Made by a program: the position numbers and the translations under genes. The notes below the pieces were generated by a model. It was not told the origin of the DNA. It searched no databases and worked only from the letters and a program-made list of their open reading frames with translations. This document shows, piece by piece, positions 8,432 to 17,181 of a stretch of 64,000 bases of DNA (its first letter is position 1; the number at the start of each line of letters is the position of its first letter). The stretch is taken from NCBI GenBank assembly GCA_964621305.1, contig CAZUOM010000002.1, positions 73,733 to 137,732 of the forward strand. The letters run 5' to 3'. The stretch is from an uncultured Gammaproteobacteria bacterium. GTDB taxonomy: Bacteria; Patescibacteriota; Microgenomatia; UBA10105; UBA927.

Positions 8432-9642
8432 TTTCCGTATTCACAAACACCGCTTGGCAGGTGTTGGGAAAAGCAGCAACCGCAGGAACTACCTTTCTTT
8501 TGACCATCCTTATTGCCAGCGCATTTGGCGTGGAGGGCTACGGAGACTTTACCAAAATTACCACCTACGTTGCGCTCTTTTTTCTGCTCGCTGATTTTGG
8601 CCTCAATGCTGTTTATCTGCAGAAATCGACGGACTGGAGAGCCCTGTTGGGATTGCGGATTGTGGCAAGCACACTCCTCACATTTTTTGCAATCGCAACG
8701 CTTTCGTTTTTGCCGCAAGGCACGATCAACGGCTTCACGGGTCTTGTGCGCCTGGGCATTGTCCTCTACTCCCCCGCCATCATCTTTCAGGCGCTCCTTA
8801 TGACAGCCAACGCATATTTTCAAAAAAATTTACGCTACCGGTTTTCAACCGTTGCTGTAGCTAGTGGATCGATTGTTTCGCTTGTCCTCATTTGGATTGC
8901 CTCCGGTATGTTTACACCTGCAGCCGGAACGCTTGCCAGCGTTGTTGCATTGCTCGTTGGGTCGGTCGTGACTGCGGTGATTGCCCTTGCTTTCATTCAA
9001 CGACTCAAACAAAACACCTCTCCCTTGTTCAGTCGTTTTATGGCGCGTGAACTTCTGGTCGGCGCACTTCCCCTTGGGGCAACATTGATTTTTAACGTCG
9101 TGTATTTTCGGATCGACAGCCTGATTATGACCGTATCCAGAACAACTGCGGAAGTTGGCATTTACGGACTTGCATACAAATTTTTTGAACTGCCTGTTGT
9201 TTTGCCCACATTTTTTATGAACACCGTCTATCCGTTGATGCTGACAAGTCAAAAATTAATTTCCGTGGTGAAGCGGTCAGCAGTTGTCTTGCTTATTGCT
9301 TCTCTTTTATCGCTTGTCACACTCTGGCTGGCTGCCCCCCTCCTTTCTCTTATCAAATCCGATTTTGGGGCAAGCGTGCCGGCGCTTCGCGTGCTTTCGC
9401 TGGGGCTGCCTTTTTTCTTTCTTACAAGCCTTACGATGTGGACGATAATTGCACTAAAAAAACAAACAGCACTGGTTTTTATTTACGGGGTGTCGATGAT
9501 CGGCACGATTCTTGCTGACCTTCTGTTTATCCCCACGTTGGGGATGATCGCGGCGGCGTGGATTACGGTTATTTCAGAGGCGGCAGTTTTGTTAATGTCT
9601 GGATTTTTTCTTGTTCGATATTTAAAAAAAATCCAAATATGA
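8428..9642 (+). CDS. Wzx-like polysaccharide flippase (MOP superfamily)
   Basis: Start at ATG 8428 (ATGA overlap with the ligase stop). 12-TM protein, MISVFTNTAWQVLGKAATAGTTFLLTILIASAFGVEGYGDF, typical Wzx N-terminus. Confidence 0.7.
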   Translation: MISVFTNTAWQVLGKAATAGTTFLLTILIASAFGVEGYGDFTKITTYVALFFLLADFGLNAVYLQKSTDWRALLGLRIVASTLLTFFAIATLSFLPQGTINGFTGLVRLGIVLYSPAIIFQALLMTANAYFQKNLRYRFSTVAVASGSIVSLVLIWIASGMFTPAAGTLASVVALLVGSVVTAVIALAFIQRLKQNTSPLFSRFMARELLVGALPLGATLIFNVVYFRIDSLIMTVSRTTAEVGIYGLAYKFFELPVVLPTFFMNTVYPLMLTSQKLISVVKRSAVVLLIASLLSLVTLWLAAPLLSLIKSDFGASVPALRVLSLGLPFFFLTSLTMWTIIALKKQTALVFIYGVSMIGTILADLLFIPTLGMIAAAWITVISEAAVLLMSGFFLVRYLKKIQI

Positions 9643-10100
9643 AATTTATCGTGCATACTGATGGGGGAGCCAGGGGCAATCCTGGCCCAGCGGCAATAGG
9701 GGTCCTTATTGAAATGACCAATGAAAAGAAAAAAATTGTAGAAATTAGCAAAAAAATAGAGGAGGCGACGAATAATGTGGCGGAATACACCGCAGTGCTA
9801 GAGGCACTGCGGAATATCAAATATCAAATATCAAATATCAAATATGAAGAAAGAAAACAAATGCAGATTGCTTTTTTTCTCGATTCGGTGCTGGTTGTTA
9901 ATCAACTCAACGGAAAATTTAAAGTTAAAGATCCGCAATTGAGAGAGCTACTACTGGCGGTCAGACTCCTTGAACAAGAGGTTGGGGGACTGATTAGATA
10001 TGCAGCGGTTCCTCGTGAGCAAAATCAGTGGGCGGACTTTTTGGTAAATAAGGCCCTGGATGGGGATAAACTCATGTCTCTTTCTTCTTTTGCGAAATAA
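9639..10100 (+). CDS. rnhA: ribonuclease H
   Basis: MKFIVHTDGGARGNPGPAAIGVLI...NNVAEYTAVLEAL matches the RNase H fold motifs. ATGA overlap with the flippase gene. Carries an internal low-complexity insertion made of 5 heptamer repeats. Confidence 0.8.
   Translation: MKFIVHTDGGARGNPGPAAIGVLIEMTNEKKKIVEISKKIEEATNNVAEYTAVLEALRNIKYQISNIKYEERKQMQIAFFLDSVLVVNQLNGKFKVKDPQLRELLLAVRLLEQEVGGLIRYAAVPREQNQWADFLVNKALDGDKLMSLSSFAK
9813..9847. repeat. five tandem heptamers AATATCA (last unit AATATGA) inside rnhA
   Basis: Read directly. Encodes NIKYQISNIKYE. The first two units are identical to the start of the 7360 tract. Confidence 0.9.
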
Positions 10101-10162
10101 AAGGGAATCTTGACGCTGTTGTTTTCGTATCAGCCTTTTGCCATAATGGGCCAAGACTTCTT

Positions 10163-12679
10163 ATGGCTCCTGTAAGCAACCGTATCACTGAGGATGCTTT
10201 CGCTGCATCCACTTTAGCCCGTTTAGACGTGCAGGAAGTGGAGCTCGGAGTACCGATTCGTGAATTTTTAACGACGTCCGGATGTGTCGTTTTCATTAAC
10301 AAAGATCCGCCGACAACCGCAGACTATCACATCATTTATGGTGACGAATCATTTGTGAAACATATACTTTCTGTGCTTGAGACGTATCACAATAAGACCC
10401 TTATTATACTCTCTGGAGAAACCGCGCAAACTGCTGAAAATATTTCTCACAAAAAGATCGGAAAAGTTGCTTTGGTCGGAACACACTTTCTTTCTTCACG
10501 TCAAACAAGAGGCATCTTTGCATTTTTTTTTACAAGTCGGAAATTCGTAGAGATTTTTGAAGAAACACAAAGAGACACAACGAGCAAAGAACTAGAAAAA
10601 GAAAGACCTTCGAAAAATCGCCTCCTACGATCAATTGAGGACGATGATAGGCTCCGTATCGCTGACGTGATATCTCGTACGTATTGGGATCAAAGCCACG
10701 AGCGTTTAGCATTGACTCGACGAAAAGGAAAAAAGAGTGTTCAGTCTACAATCATTAAGATTTTTATGAGGTTAAAGATCAACGCTTTGTACCTTGCCGC
10801 GTTTACTATTGTATTACCGTTTATTTGGTACTTCACGTCGGTTTCTGTTGCTGCATGGTTTCTCTATTATGGATCACATCAGTTAATTAACGGACATGCA
10901 GATGCGGCAGCGGCTTCAGCCGTTGCTGGACATCAATGGACAAATAGAGCGGCATGGACATTGTCATATATTGCTCTTCCATTTCAATTGGTAGGAACTG
11001 GTGGGTGGTTTCGAAATCAAGAACGAGTCGTATCTCTTCTTCGTAATCTAGTTGATGCGGGACAAAGCGCAGCAATTCTGGTTGCCTCAGGGAAAGATAT
11101 GATTGCATCGATACTAGAGCCATTCGGCACATCGACGGCGTATGGTTCTTCGGCTGTTGCCAGCGATAGACTTAAACAAGAGCTTCTCGTTCTTGGCGGT
11201 ACACTTGGTCTTGCACAGGGAGAGCTCGACATCATACTCCGAAACGAAATATTTCCTTTCAATATAAGTGCCATAAAAAAACGTGGAGAAGCGGGGCGAT
11301 ATTCACTTTCGCACCTGCGACTGATTATGGGCGAACTGAAAGGATTTGTTTCTCTTTATCCAGCAGTTGCTGGATTTAAAGATAAGAAAGTCTACCTCGT
11401 TCTTCTTCAAAATAGTATGGAATTGCGTCCAACCGGCGGCTTTATAGGCTCTGTTGCTTCAGTCACGTTTTCAGAGGGAACGCTTTTGGATTTCGTTATA
11501 CAGGATGTCTATGATTTGGATGGACAATTGAAGGGCCATGTAGACCCGCCGGAACAGATTCGGCAGTTATTGCAACAAGAGCGCTGGTACTTGCGGGATT
11601 CTAACTGGGATCCAGACTTTGCGGTTTCCGCTCATCGTGCAGCATGGTTTTATGAGAAGGAAGCCGGGCATCAAGTTGATGGGGTCATCGCCATAAATGT
11701 ACCATTTCTTATAGATATTCTTAAGGCAGTTGGATCCGTCGAGGTCTCAGATTACAACGATCGGGTGACCGCAGAGAATTTTTTTGGTAAATCGCTCTAC
11801 TATACGCAAGCAAATTTTTTCCCTGGTTCCACCCAAAAAAAGGATTTTCTTGGGGCACTGGCGAATGCACTATTGACAAAAGTTACAAGCAACAAAAGCG
11901 TCCAGCCGCCTATTCTGTCTGCAATTGCCAAGGCGCTTAGGTCGGGCAATCTTTTACTATGGTTTACCGATCCTCAAATCCAACAAGTAGTAGAACAGCT
12001 TGGATGGGCAGGGAGAGTTCCAGCCGGTAACCAATGCAAAGGTCAGGAATTGAGCAGCTGCCTTGCTGATCGAGCCATGTTTGTTGAGGCTAATCTTTCT
12101 GTGAATAAAGTCAATTACTTTCTCAAACGAAACATTCGTCACCGGGTGGTTTTGGCAGAAGATGGTTCAGTCACAGAGACCGTGAGCGTACTATACACCA
12201 ATAACTCTCCGTCTGATGACCGAACAGGCGGCGGAACGTATCGCGCCTACGGTAGGCTGATTGTTCCAGCAGACGCTGTCGTTGAATCTGTGACACTGGA
12301 TGGAGTTGCATTGTCCGAGCCAAGCAACAAAGTGAACGCAACATTCGAGCCGCCGTATTTGGTCAACGAAAACACCTACGAGAGCAGTATCTTTGGCGTT
12401 GCGTTGGATGTGCCACGTGGACAACAACGGCAGTTGGTTCTTTCGTATCGCCGCCGAGCCCTCGTGGTATTTGTTGCTAACCGAGGCGTCTACGATTTGT
12501 ATCTGCAGAAGCAGCCGGGACTCATTAATACCGATCTGGTTGTCGATGTTTCCTTCCCCATTTTTTGGCAGCCAGAAACAACAGGTGGCAAGCTTTCGTT
12601 TCTTGCCAATCAAGCCAGGCTCGAGTACAATATGCCTTTATTACAAAACGAGCAATTTAAAATTGTTTTTACAAAATGA
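10163..12679 (+). CDS. large membrane-anchored extracytoplasmic protein (possibly DUF4012 family)
   Basis: 838 aa. One TM near residue 200 (LYLAAFTIVLPFIWYFTSVSVAAWFLYY). LLQNSMELRPTGGFIGS motif. The family assignment is from memory only. Confidence 0.5.
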   Translation: MAPVSNRITEDAFAASTLARLDVQEVELGVPIREFLTTSGCVVFINKDPPTTADYHIIYGDESFVKHILSVLETYHNKTLIILSGETAQTAENISHKKIGKVALVGTHFLSSRQTRGIFAFFFTSRKFVEIFEETQRDTTSKELEKERPSKNRLLRSIEDDDRLRIADVISRTYWDQSHERLALTRRKGKKSVQSTIIKIFMRLKINALYLAAFTIVLPFIWYFTSVSVAAWFLYYGSHQLINGHADAAAASAVAGHQWTNRAAWTLSYIALPFQLVGTGGWFRNQERVVSLLRNLVDAGQSAAILVASGKDMIASILEPFGTSTAYGSSAVASDRLKQELLVLGGTLGLAQGELDIILRNEIFPFNISAIKKRGEAGRYSLSHLRLIMGELKGFVSLYPAVAGFKDKKVYLVLLQNSMELRPTGGFIGSVASVTFSEGTLLDFVIQDVYDLDGQLKGHVDPPEQIRQLLQQERWYLRDSNWDPDFAVSAHRAAWFYEKEAGHQVDGVIAINVPFLIDILKAVGSVEVSDYNDRVTAENFFGKSLYYTQANFFPGSTQKKDFLGALANALLTKVTSNKSVQPPILSAIAKALRSGNLLLWFTDPQIQQVVEQLGWAGRVPAGNQCKGQELSSCLADRAMFVEANLSVNKVNYFLKRNIRHRVVLAEDGSVTETVSVLYTNNSPSDDRTGGGTYRAYGRLIVPADAVVESVTLDGVALSEPSNKVNATFEPPYLVNENTYESSIFGVALDVPRGQQRQLVLSYRRRALVVFVANRGVYDLYLQKQPGLINTDLVVDVSFPIFWQPETTGGKLSFLANQARLEYNMPLLQNEQFKIVFTK

Positions 12680-13389
12680 AAAAGCATTCATTATCCGCTC
12701 AGAAACGAGATTTGGTCGGTCGCAAGGTCAAACAATTAAGAAAGCAAGGAATACTGCCGGCTTCCCTGTATGGCAAAAAAGTCAAAAGCGCTTCGCTTTC
12801 GGTAAAACTTGATGACTTTGAAAAAGTTTACAAAGAAGCAGGGGAGTCGGGACTGGTGGATCTAAAAGTCGATAGCGAGGTTAAACCCGTCCTAATTCAC
12901 AACGTCCAAAAAGATCCGGTAAAAGGATTTCCACTTCATGTTGAGTTTTTCCAGGTAGATCTTAAAGCAAAAGTCCAGACACGGGTGCCGATTGAGCTTG
13001 TGGGTGAATCTGCCGCTGTAGCGCAAAAACAGGGAGTGCTCCTTACTATTCTTGACGAGATCGAAGTTGAGGCTCTGCCGACTGATTTACCGGAAAAAAT
13101 TACGGTCGATGTTTCAGGCTTGGCCGCAGTTGATCAGGAAATAAAAGTTAGTGACCTCAATGTGTCGTCGGGAGTTGCTGTTCTAACTGACGCCGGTCAA
13201 ACTCTTGTGAAAGTTGGAGCGTTGGTTACCAAACAAGCAGAAGCTGAGGTCGCGGCCGAAGAAGCAGCCAAGGCCGCAGCAGCCGCTGAGGCTGCCACTG
13301 AGGCGAAAGCCGAAGTGCCGGCAGCCCAAGAGAAACCGGCCGAGCCAGCAGCCAAAGAAGAAAAAACCCCGGAGGAGAAGAAAGAATAA
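12676..13389 (+). CDS. rplY: 50S ribosomal protein L25/general stress protein Ctc with Ala/Glu/Lys-rich C-terminal tail
   Basis: MKKHSLSAQKRDLVGRKVKQLRKQGILPASLYGK is an L25/Ctc N-terminus. The low-complexity tail is encoded at 13240-13389. Confidence 0.8.
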   Translation: MKKHSLSAQKRDLVGRKVKQLRKQGILPASLYGKKVKSASLSVKLDDFEKVYKEAGESGLVDLKVDSEVKPVLIHNVQKDPVKGFPLHVEFFQVDLKAKVQTRVPIELVGESAAVAQKQGVLLTILDEIEVEALPTDLPEKITVDVSGLAAVDQEIKVSDLNVSSGVAVLTDAGQTLVKVGALVTKQAEAEVAAEEAAKAAAAAEAATEAKAEVPAAQEKPAEPAAKEEKTPEEKKE

Positions 13390-13896
13390 CTATTTTTTTA
13401 TTAGCTCCTCAAATTTTTTTGCAACTTTGTTATTTGAATCTAAAGCAATGGCCTGATTTAGCAGCCTTTTTGTTTCCTCGGTTTTTCCTAATTGGTAGGC
13501 GAGAGAGGCCAAAGTTATATACGCGTCGCGGTAGTCGGGGTGGGCGAGTGCAACAGATTGCCAGAATTGGTAGGCTTGCGCAAGCGTCTCTGAGGCGTTT
13601 TTCCATTGGTTTAGTAAATCCTCGGTGCTGGCTCCAAGGATAGCCTCTTTTTTGGCTGTATTTCGCAGTCCCTCCTGCCAAAGCTCCTGCGCAAGTAGCC
13701 TGTGTCTCGTTGTCGAAAAAGGTTCTTGCAGCGCAGCCTCAAGTTTGCTCCAGTAGCTTGGCGCGCGATAGGTTCGCGCAAAGACATTGACCGCAAACAG
13801 AGCCGTCAGGCCGGCCCACAAAATCGAAGAAATTGACGATGCAATCAAACTTGCGGTAAATTTTCGGCTAAAGCGCGGGAATTCTAGCTTTAACAT
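13390..13896 (-). CDS. tetratricopeptide-repeat protein with N-terminal TM anchor
   Basis: 168 aa, N-terminal hydrophobic helix, TPR-like A/L/Y periodicity (AYQFWQSVALAHPDYRDAYITLASLAYQLGK). Confidence 0.6.
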   Translation of the reverse strand: MLKLEFPRFSRKFTASLIASSISSILWAGLTALFAVNVFARTYRAPSYWSKLEAALQEPFSTTRHRLLAQELWQEGLRNTAKKEAILGASTEDLLNQWKNASETLAQAYQFWQSVALAHPDYRDAYITLASLAYQLGKTEETKRLLNQAIALDSNNKVAKKFEELIKK

Positions 13897-13918
13897 AGGA
13901 TTATGCTATAGTGTAGGC

Positions 13919-14650
13919 ATGAACAGGAAGAAAACGCAACAGGTTATTGAGCTTCTTAAGAAAGAATATCCCAACGCAAAGATAGTCCTCAAGTTTAGTA
14001 ACCCGTGGGAACTTTTGGTAGCGGTGGTTTTATCAGCCCAATGCACAGACGCGGTAGTCAATAGGGTGACAGAGAAGCTTTTTGCCAAATACAAAACCCT
14101 TGATGGCTATCTAAAGGCAGACATAAAAACCTTCGAACAGGAGATAAGATCCACAGGCTTTTACCACAACAAAGCGAAAAATATTTTGGCCGCGGCAAAA
14201 CTCGTCAAGGAAAAATTTGGTGGCGAGGTGCCAAGCACGATGAGCGAGCTTTTGACGCTTCCCGGTGTGGCGAGAAAAACAGCAAACATCATTTTGGGCA
14301 ACGCGTTTAACATTATAGAGGGCATCGCTGTCGATACCCACGTGTCGCGCCTGAGCCAGCGCTTGCGGCTGGTTAATGTAGACACAATCGGCGGGAAGAA
14401 AGTTATTTTTTTCAAAAGGGGTCCCCTTGCAGCTTTGCAAGGGGACCCCTTGAAGAGAGAGATCGTAGATTATAAAAAGGACGCCGACCCGGTCAAAATA
14501 GAACGCGAGCTGATGGCGGTCGTGCCCAAACCAGATTGGTTCAAGCTCACGTATTTGTTGATCGATCACGGCCGGGCAATCTGCAAAGCCCAAAATCCCA
14601 ACTGCAGCGCCTGTGTCCTTAATAAACTTTGTCCGGCGTCACGGCTTTAA
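13919..14650 (+). CDS. nth: endonuclease III (Nth) carrying an in-frame ~36-aa insertion encoded by a palindromic element
   Basis: Start chosen at MNRKK (13919). LSAQCTD, LPGVARKTANIIL, VDTHVSRLSQRL and a C-terminal CKAQNPNCSACVLNKLCP 4Fe-4S loop. The insertion lies between the HhH-GPD core and the FeS loop and contains a 16-bp perfect inverted repeat. Confidence 0.85.
   Translation: MNRKKTQQVIELLKKEYPNAKIVLKFSNPWELLVAVVLSAQCTDAVVNRVTEKLFAKYKTLDGYLKADIKTFEQEIRSTGFYHNKAKNILAAAKLVKEKFGGEVPSTMSELLTLPGVARKTANIILGNAFNIIEGIAVDTHVSRLSQRLRLVNVDTIGGKKVIFFKRGPLAALQGDPLKREIVDYKKDADPVKIERELMAVVPKPDWFKLTYLLIDHGRAICKAQNPNCSACVLNKLCPASRL
14415..14454. repeat. palindromic in-frame element AAGGGGTCCCCTTGCA-gctt-TGCAAGGGGACCCCTT
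   Basis: Perfect 16-bp inverted repeat with a 4-nt loop inside the nth coding sequence. A near-identical copy lies in trpS at 60308-60350. Confidence 0.9.
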
Positions 14651-14653
14651 TCT

Positions 14654-14926
14654 ATGAAGATCGTTTATACTAAACACGCAGCAAAGAAGTTTAAAGATCT
14701 TAAGCGTCTGGGCTTATTTGTTTCTCGCTTACTTGTTAAGAGTATAATCGAGCATCCCCTTCACCTGGACGAAATGACGGGCTTTCCCAAAAAAATTGCC
14801 AATGGAGTACTCGATCAAACCCATGTTCTTCGCGTTGTGTACAGGCAGGAAGGTGATATAATTATGGTGATTACATTTTACCAACAAAGAAAGGCAGGTA
14901 CACGTCATGAGAATTCGTTACGATAA
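14654..14926 (+). CDS. DUF4258-like toxin-type small protein
   Basis: 90 aa, immediately followed by and overlapping a DUF2283-type gene. The family assignment is from memory. Confidence 0.45.
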   Translation: MKIVYTKHAAKKFKDLKRLGLFVSRLLVKSIIEHPLHLDEMTGFPKKIANGVLDQTHVLRVVYRQEGDIIMVITFYQQRKAGTRHENSLR

Positions 14927-15122
14927 AGAAGATGATGCGCTGATGATCTGGTTTTCGCGGGAAGCCGTGGATTTTGCCGAGCAAAAAAAGGACGTCATTG
15001 CGCACTTTTCCAAAAAGAATAAGTTGGCACTTCTGGAGATTTTAGAAGCATCGAAGTTTCTTAAAGAAGCCTCCGATGTCTTTCCTCCAAATATCAAGCA
15101 GCGTGTTTTTGCAGGCGCATAA
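14907..15122 (+). CDS. DUF2283-family small protein (putative antitoxin partner)
   Basis: MRIRYDKEDDALMIWF matches the M.I.YD.E.DALYI signature of DUF2283. Confidence 0.55.
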   Translation: MRIRYDKEDDALMIWFSREAVDFAEQKKDVIAHFSKKNKLALLEILEASKFLKEASDVFPPNIKQRVFAGA

Positions 15123-15152
15123 TATTTTAGTAGCAGATAAAGACGACTAGGT

Positions 15153-15977
15153 ATGAAAGTCGCTCTAGACATCGGCGGAACAAATTTACGCGCTGGTCTT
15201 TTTTCGGATGATCAGAGGCTGGTTGCAAAACACGTGGAGTCAACCCCCGAGAATTATCGAGATGGCCTACAACGCATCTGTTCTTTAACTAACGAGTTTC
15301 ATACAAAAGGGAACATCGAGGGGGTTGCGGTGGCTATTGCAGGCGTGCTTGATCGGCAGAAGGGGAAAATGTTAGTCAATCCAAATCTTATGGGCTGGAA
15401 CAATGTCTCCATTGGTCCAGACATCGCCAAGAAGACTGGCGTGAGAGTCGTTTTGGAAAACGATGCAGTTGCAGCAGGACTAGGGGAGGCAAACTTTGGC
15501 GCAGGGAAAGGCAAGCGGATCGTAGCGTTTCTCACCATAAGTACCGGGATCGGCGGGGCACGGATTGTCGACGGGAAGACCGATGAAAACACCTGGGGTT
15601 TTGAACCTGGGCATCAAGTCATCAGTGTTGAAGAGATAACAGCAGTTGATGGACGAGTACATGGATGGTTTGAGCGATACGCTTCCGGTTCAGCATTCGA
15701 GGCTCGCTATGGGGTGTCACCGAAGCTCTGCACCGATGGGTCCACATGGAAAGACTTTGCCAAATATTTGTCAGCCGGCATTGTCAACATTATGGTTTTG
15801 TGGTCACCGGACATTGTTGTTCTTGGAGGAGGCGTGAGTAGGAGCGCGGAAAAATTCTTTCCAGCACTTCGGGAATATCTGGATCAGGCAGTTATTTTCC
15901 CCCAAAAACCGCCGGTCGTTGCCGGAACGCTTGGCGATGAAGCTGGGTTATATGGAGGGTTAGTATTACTATCCTAG
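15153..15977 (+). CDS. ROK-family sugar kinase (glucokinase-like)
   Basis: MKVALDIGGTNLRAGLF... and ENDAVAAGLGE are ROK motifs. Confidence 0.8.
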   Translation: MKVALDIGGTNLRAGLFSDDQRLVAKHVESTPENYRDGLQRICSLTNEFHTKGNIEGVAVAIAGVLDRQKGKMLVNPNLMGWNNVSIGPDIAKKTGVRVVLENDAVAAGLGEANFGAGKGKRIVAFLTISTGIGGARIVDGKTDENTWGFEPGHQVISVEEITAVDGRVHGWFERYASGSAFEARYGVSPKLCTDGSTWKDFAKYLSAGIVNIMVLWSPDIVVLGGGVSRSAEKFFPALREYLDQAVIFPQKPPVVAGTLGDEAGLYGGLVLLS

Positions 15978-15982
15978 ACGTA

Positions 15983-16122
15983 TGACTTGGAAAGTTAGAT
16001 CGTTTCAAACATCACGAGGGGATTGTCCTGTTGAGGAATTTTTTAAGAAAAAACAGAGAAAACTCCCCCAAAGGAGCTGAAAGTCGCCATTGACAGGCTG
16101 AAGGAGATGATATAGCATATAT
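15983..16122 (+). pseudogene. degraded HigB/Gp49-like toxin gene (internal deletion plus frameshift)
   Basis: MTWKVRSFQTSRGDCPVEEFFKKKQ then a frameshift at an A-run into ...KTPPKELKVAIDRLKEMI*. Aligns to the N- and C-termini of the intact paralog at 58599-58952 with about 60 aa missing. Confidence 0.65.
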
Positions 16123-16127
16123 GCTAT

Positions 16128-16418
16128 ATGACAAGACGTCACGCTGACTTTGAAGTTTTTCTGAAAAAATCTTTAAAAGATCCAAAACTTAAAGCAGAAT
16201 TTGATAAACTTCAGCCGGAATTTGCCGCAATTGAAGCAATGCTTCGGGCACGGGTAGAAAAAGGATTGCGCCAACAAGACCTTGCCCGAAGAATGAAAAC
16301 CAAGCAGTCAGTGATTTCTCGGGTAGAGGCAGGCAAAACCAGCCCGACCGTCTCATTTCTCCAGCGGCTTGCACAGGCGCTTGATAGCAGGCTTGAAATC
16401 CGATTCATTCCTCAGTAA
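16128..16418 (+). CDS. HTH XRE-family antitoxin (HigA-like)
   Basis: 96 aa, LRQQDLARRMKTKQSVISRVEAGKTSPTVSFLQRLAQAL. Paralogous to 58990-59274 and 18599-18886. Confidence 0.75.
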   Translation: MTRRHADFEVFLKKSLKDPKLKAEFDKLQPEFAAIEAMLRARVEKGLRQQDLARRMKTKQSVISRVEAGKTSPTVSFLQRLAQALDSRLEIRFIPQ

Positions 16419-16421
16419 CCC

Positions 16422-17135
16422 ATGAAGCTTTCGCTTCAAACAATCCGTCGAGAGACTGCCGACGCCTCGACGTTTATTTTTACGCCGGATGTCGTCTTCC
16501 AGTATTTAGCCGGTCAGCACGTGAGCATGATGCTGCCAGTTGAAAATCCTGATGAGCGCGGAAAAGTACGCACGTTTACTTTGAGTTCCTCGCCGACAGA
16601 GGAAGGGATAGTTAGTATTACCACCAAGGACGGACCAAGTGCATTTAAGCAAACTCTTTTTGCATTGCCAATTAGGACGACTATTGAAGCGCGCGGGCCA
16701 ACTGGATCAATGGTTCTTGATGAGGCCGATCAACGTCAAAAAATTTTGCTTGCCGGCGGCATTGGAATTGCTCCGTTTAGATCGATGATCAAATACGCTG
16801 CGGACAAAACATTGAGCATGCCGATCGTTCTTCTCTACTCCAACAAAACTCCGGAAGAGATTGTTTTTTGCGCTGAACTCGACGAACTGCAAAAACAGCT
16901 TTCGAATTTGACAATTGTTCACACCATTACGCAACCAGAAGCTAGTCAGGAGATTTGGGAAGGAAGAAGTGGAAGAATTGATGAATCTCTCATCGGCGAG
17001 CATGTCAGTGACATTAACCAGTCTATTTTTATGACTGCCGGCCCAACAGCCATGGTGGAGGCGATGATTGCCATACTTGCCTCGATGGGAGTCCCGCCGG
17101 AAAATGTGAAGTTTGAAAAGTTTTCGGGTTATTAG
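16422..17135 (+). CDS. ferredoxin-NADP reductase-like FAD/NAD(P)-binding oxidoreductase
   Basis: RTFTLSSSP (RxYS-like FAD motif) and LLAGGIGIAPFRSMI (NAD-binding). Confidence 0.65.
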   Translation: MKLSLQTIRRETADASTFIFTPDVVFQYLAGQHVSMMLPVENPDERGKVRTFTLSSSPTEEGIVSITTKDGPSAFKQTLFALPIRTTIEARGPTGSMVLDEADQRQKILLAGGIGIAPFRSMIKYAADKTLSMPIVLLYSNKTPEEIVFCAELDELQKQLSNLTIVHTITQPEASQEIWEGRSGRIDESLIGEHVSDINQSIFMTAGPTAMVEAMIAILASMGVPPENVKFEKFSGY

Positions 17136-17181
17136 AGCTACAATTTGACAACTATAAAGTATCACGTTATACTTTATTGCT

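Noticed and set aside
8341-9252. Cys/Lys-rich minus-strand ORFs (160 and 135 aa)
   Set aside because: Antisense to the Wzx-like flippase. The composition is an artefact of reading a membrane-protein gene backwards.
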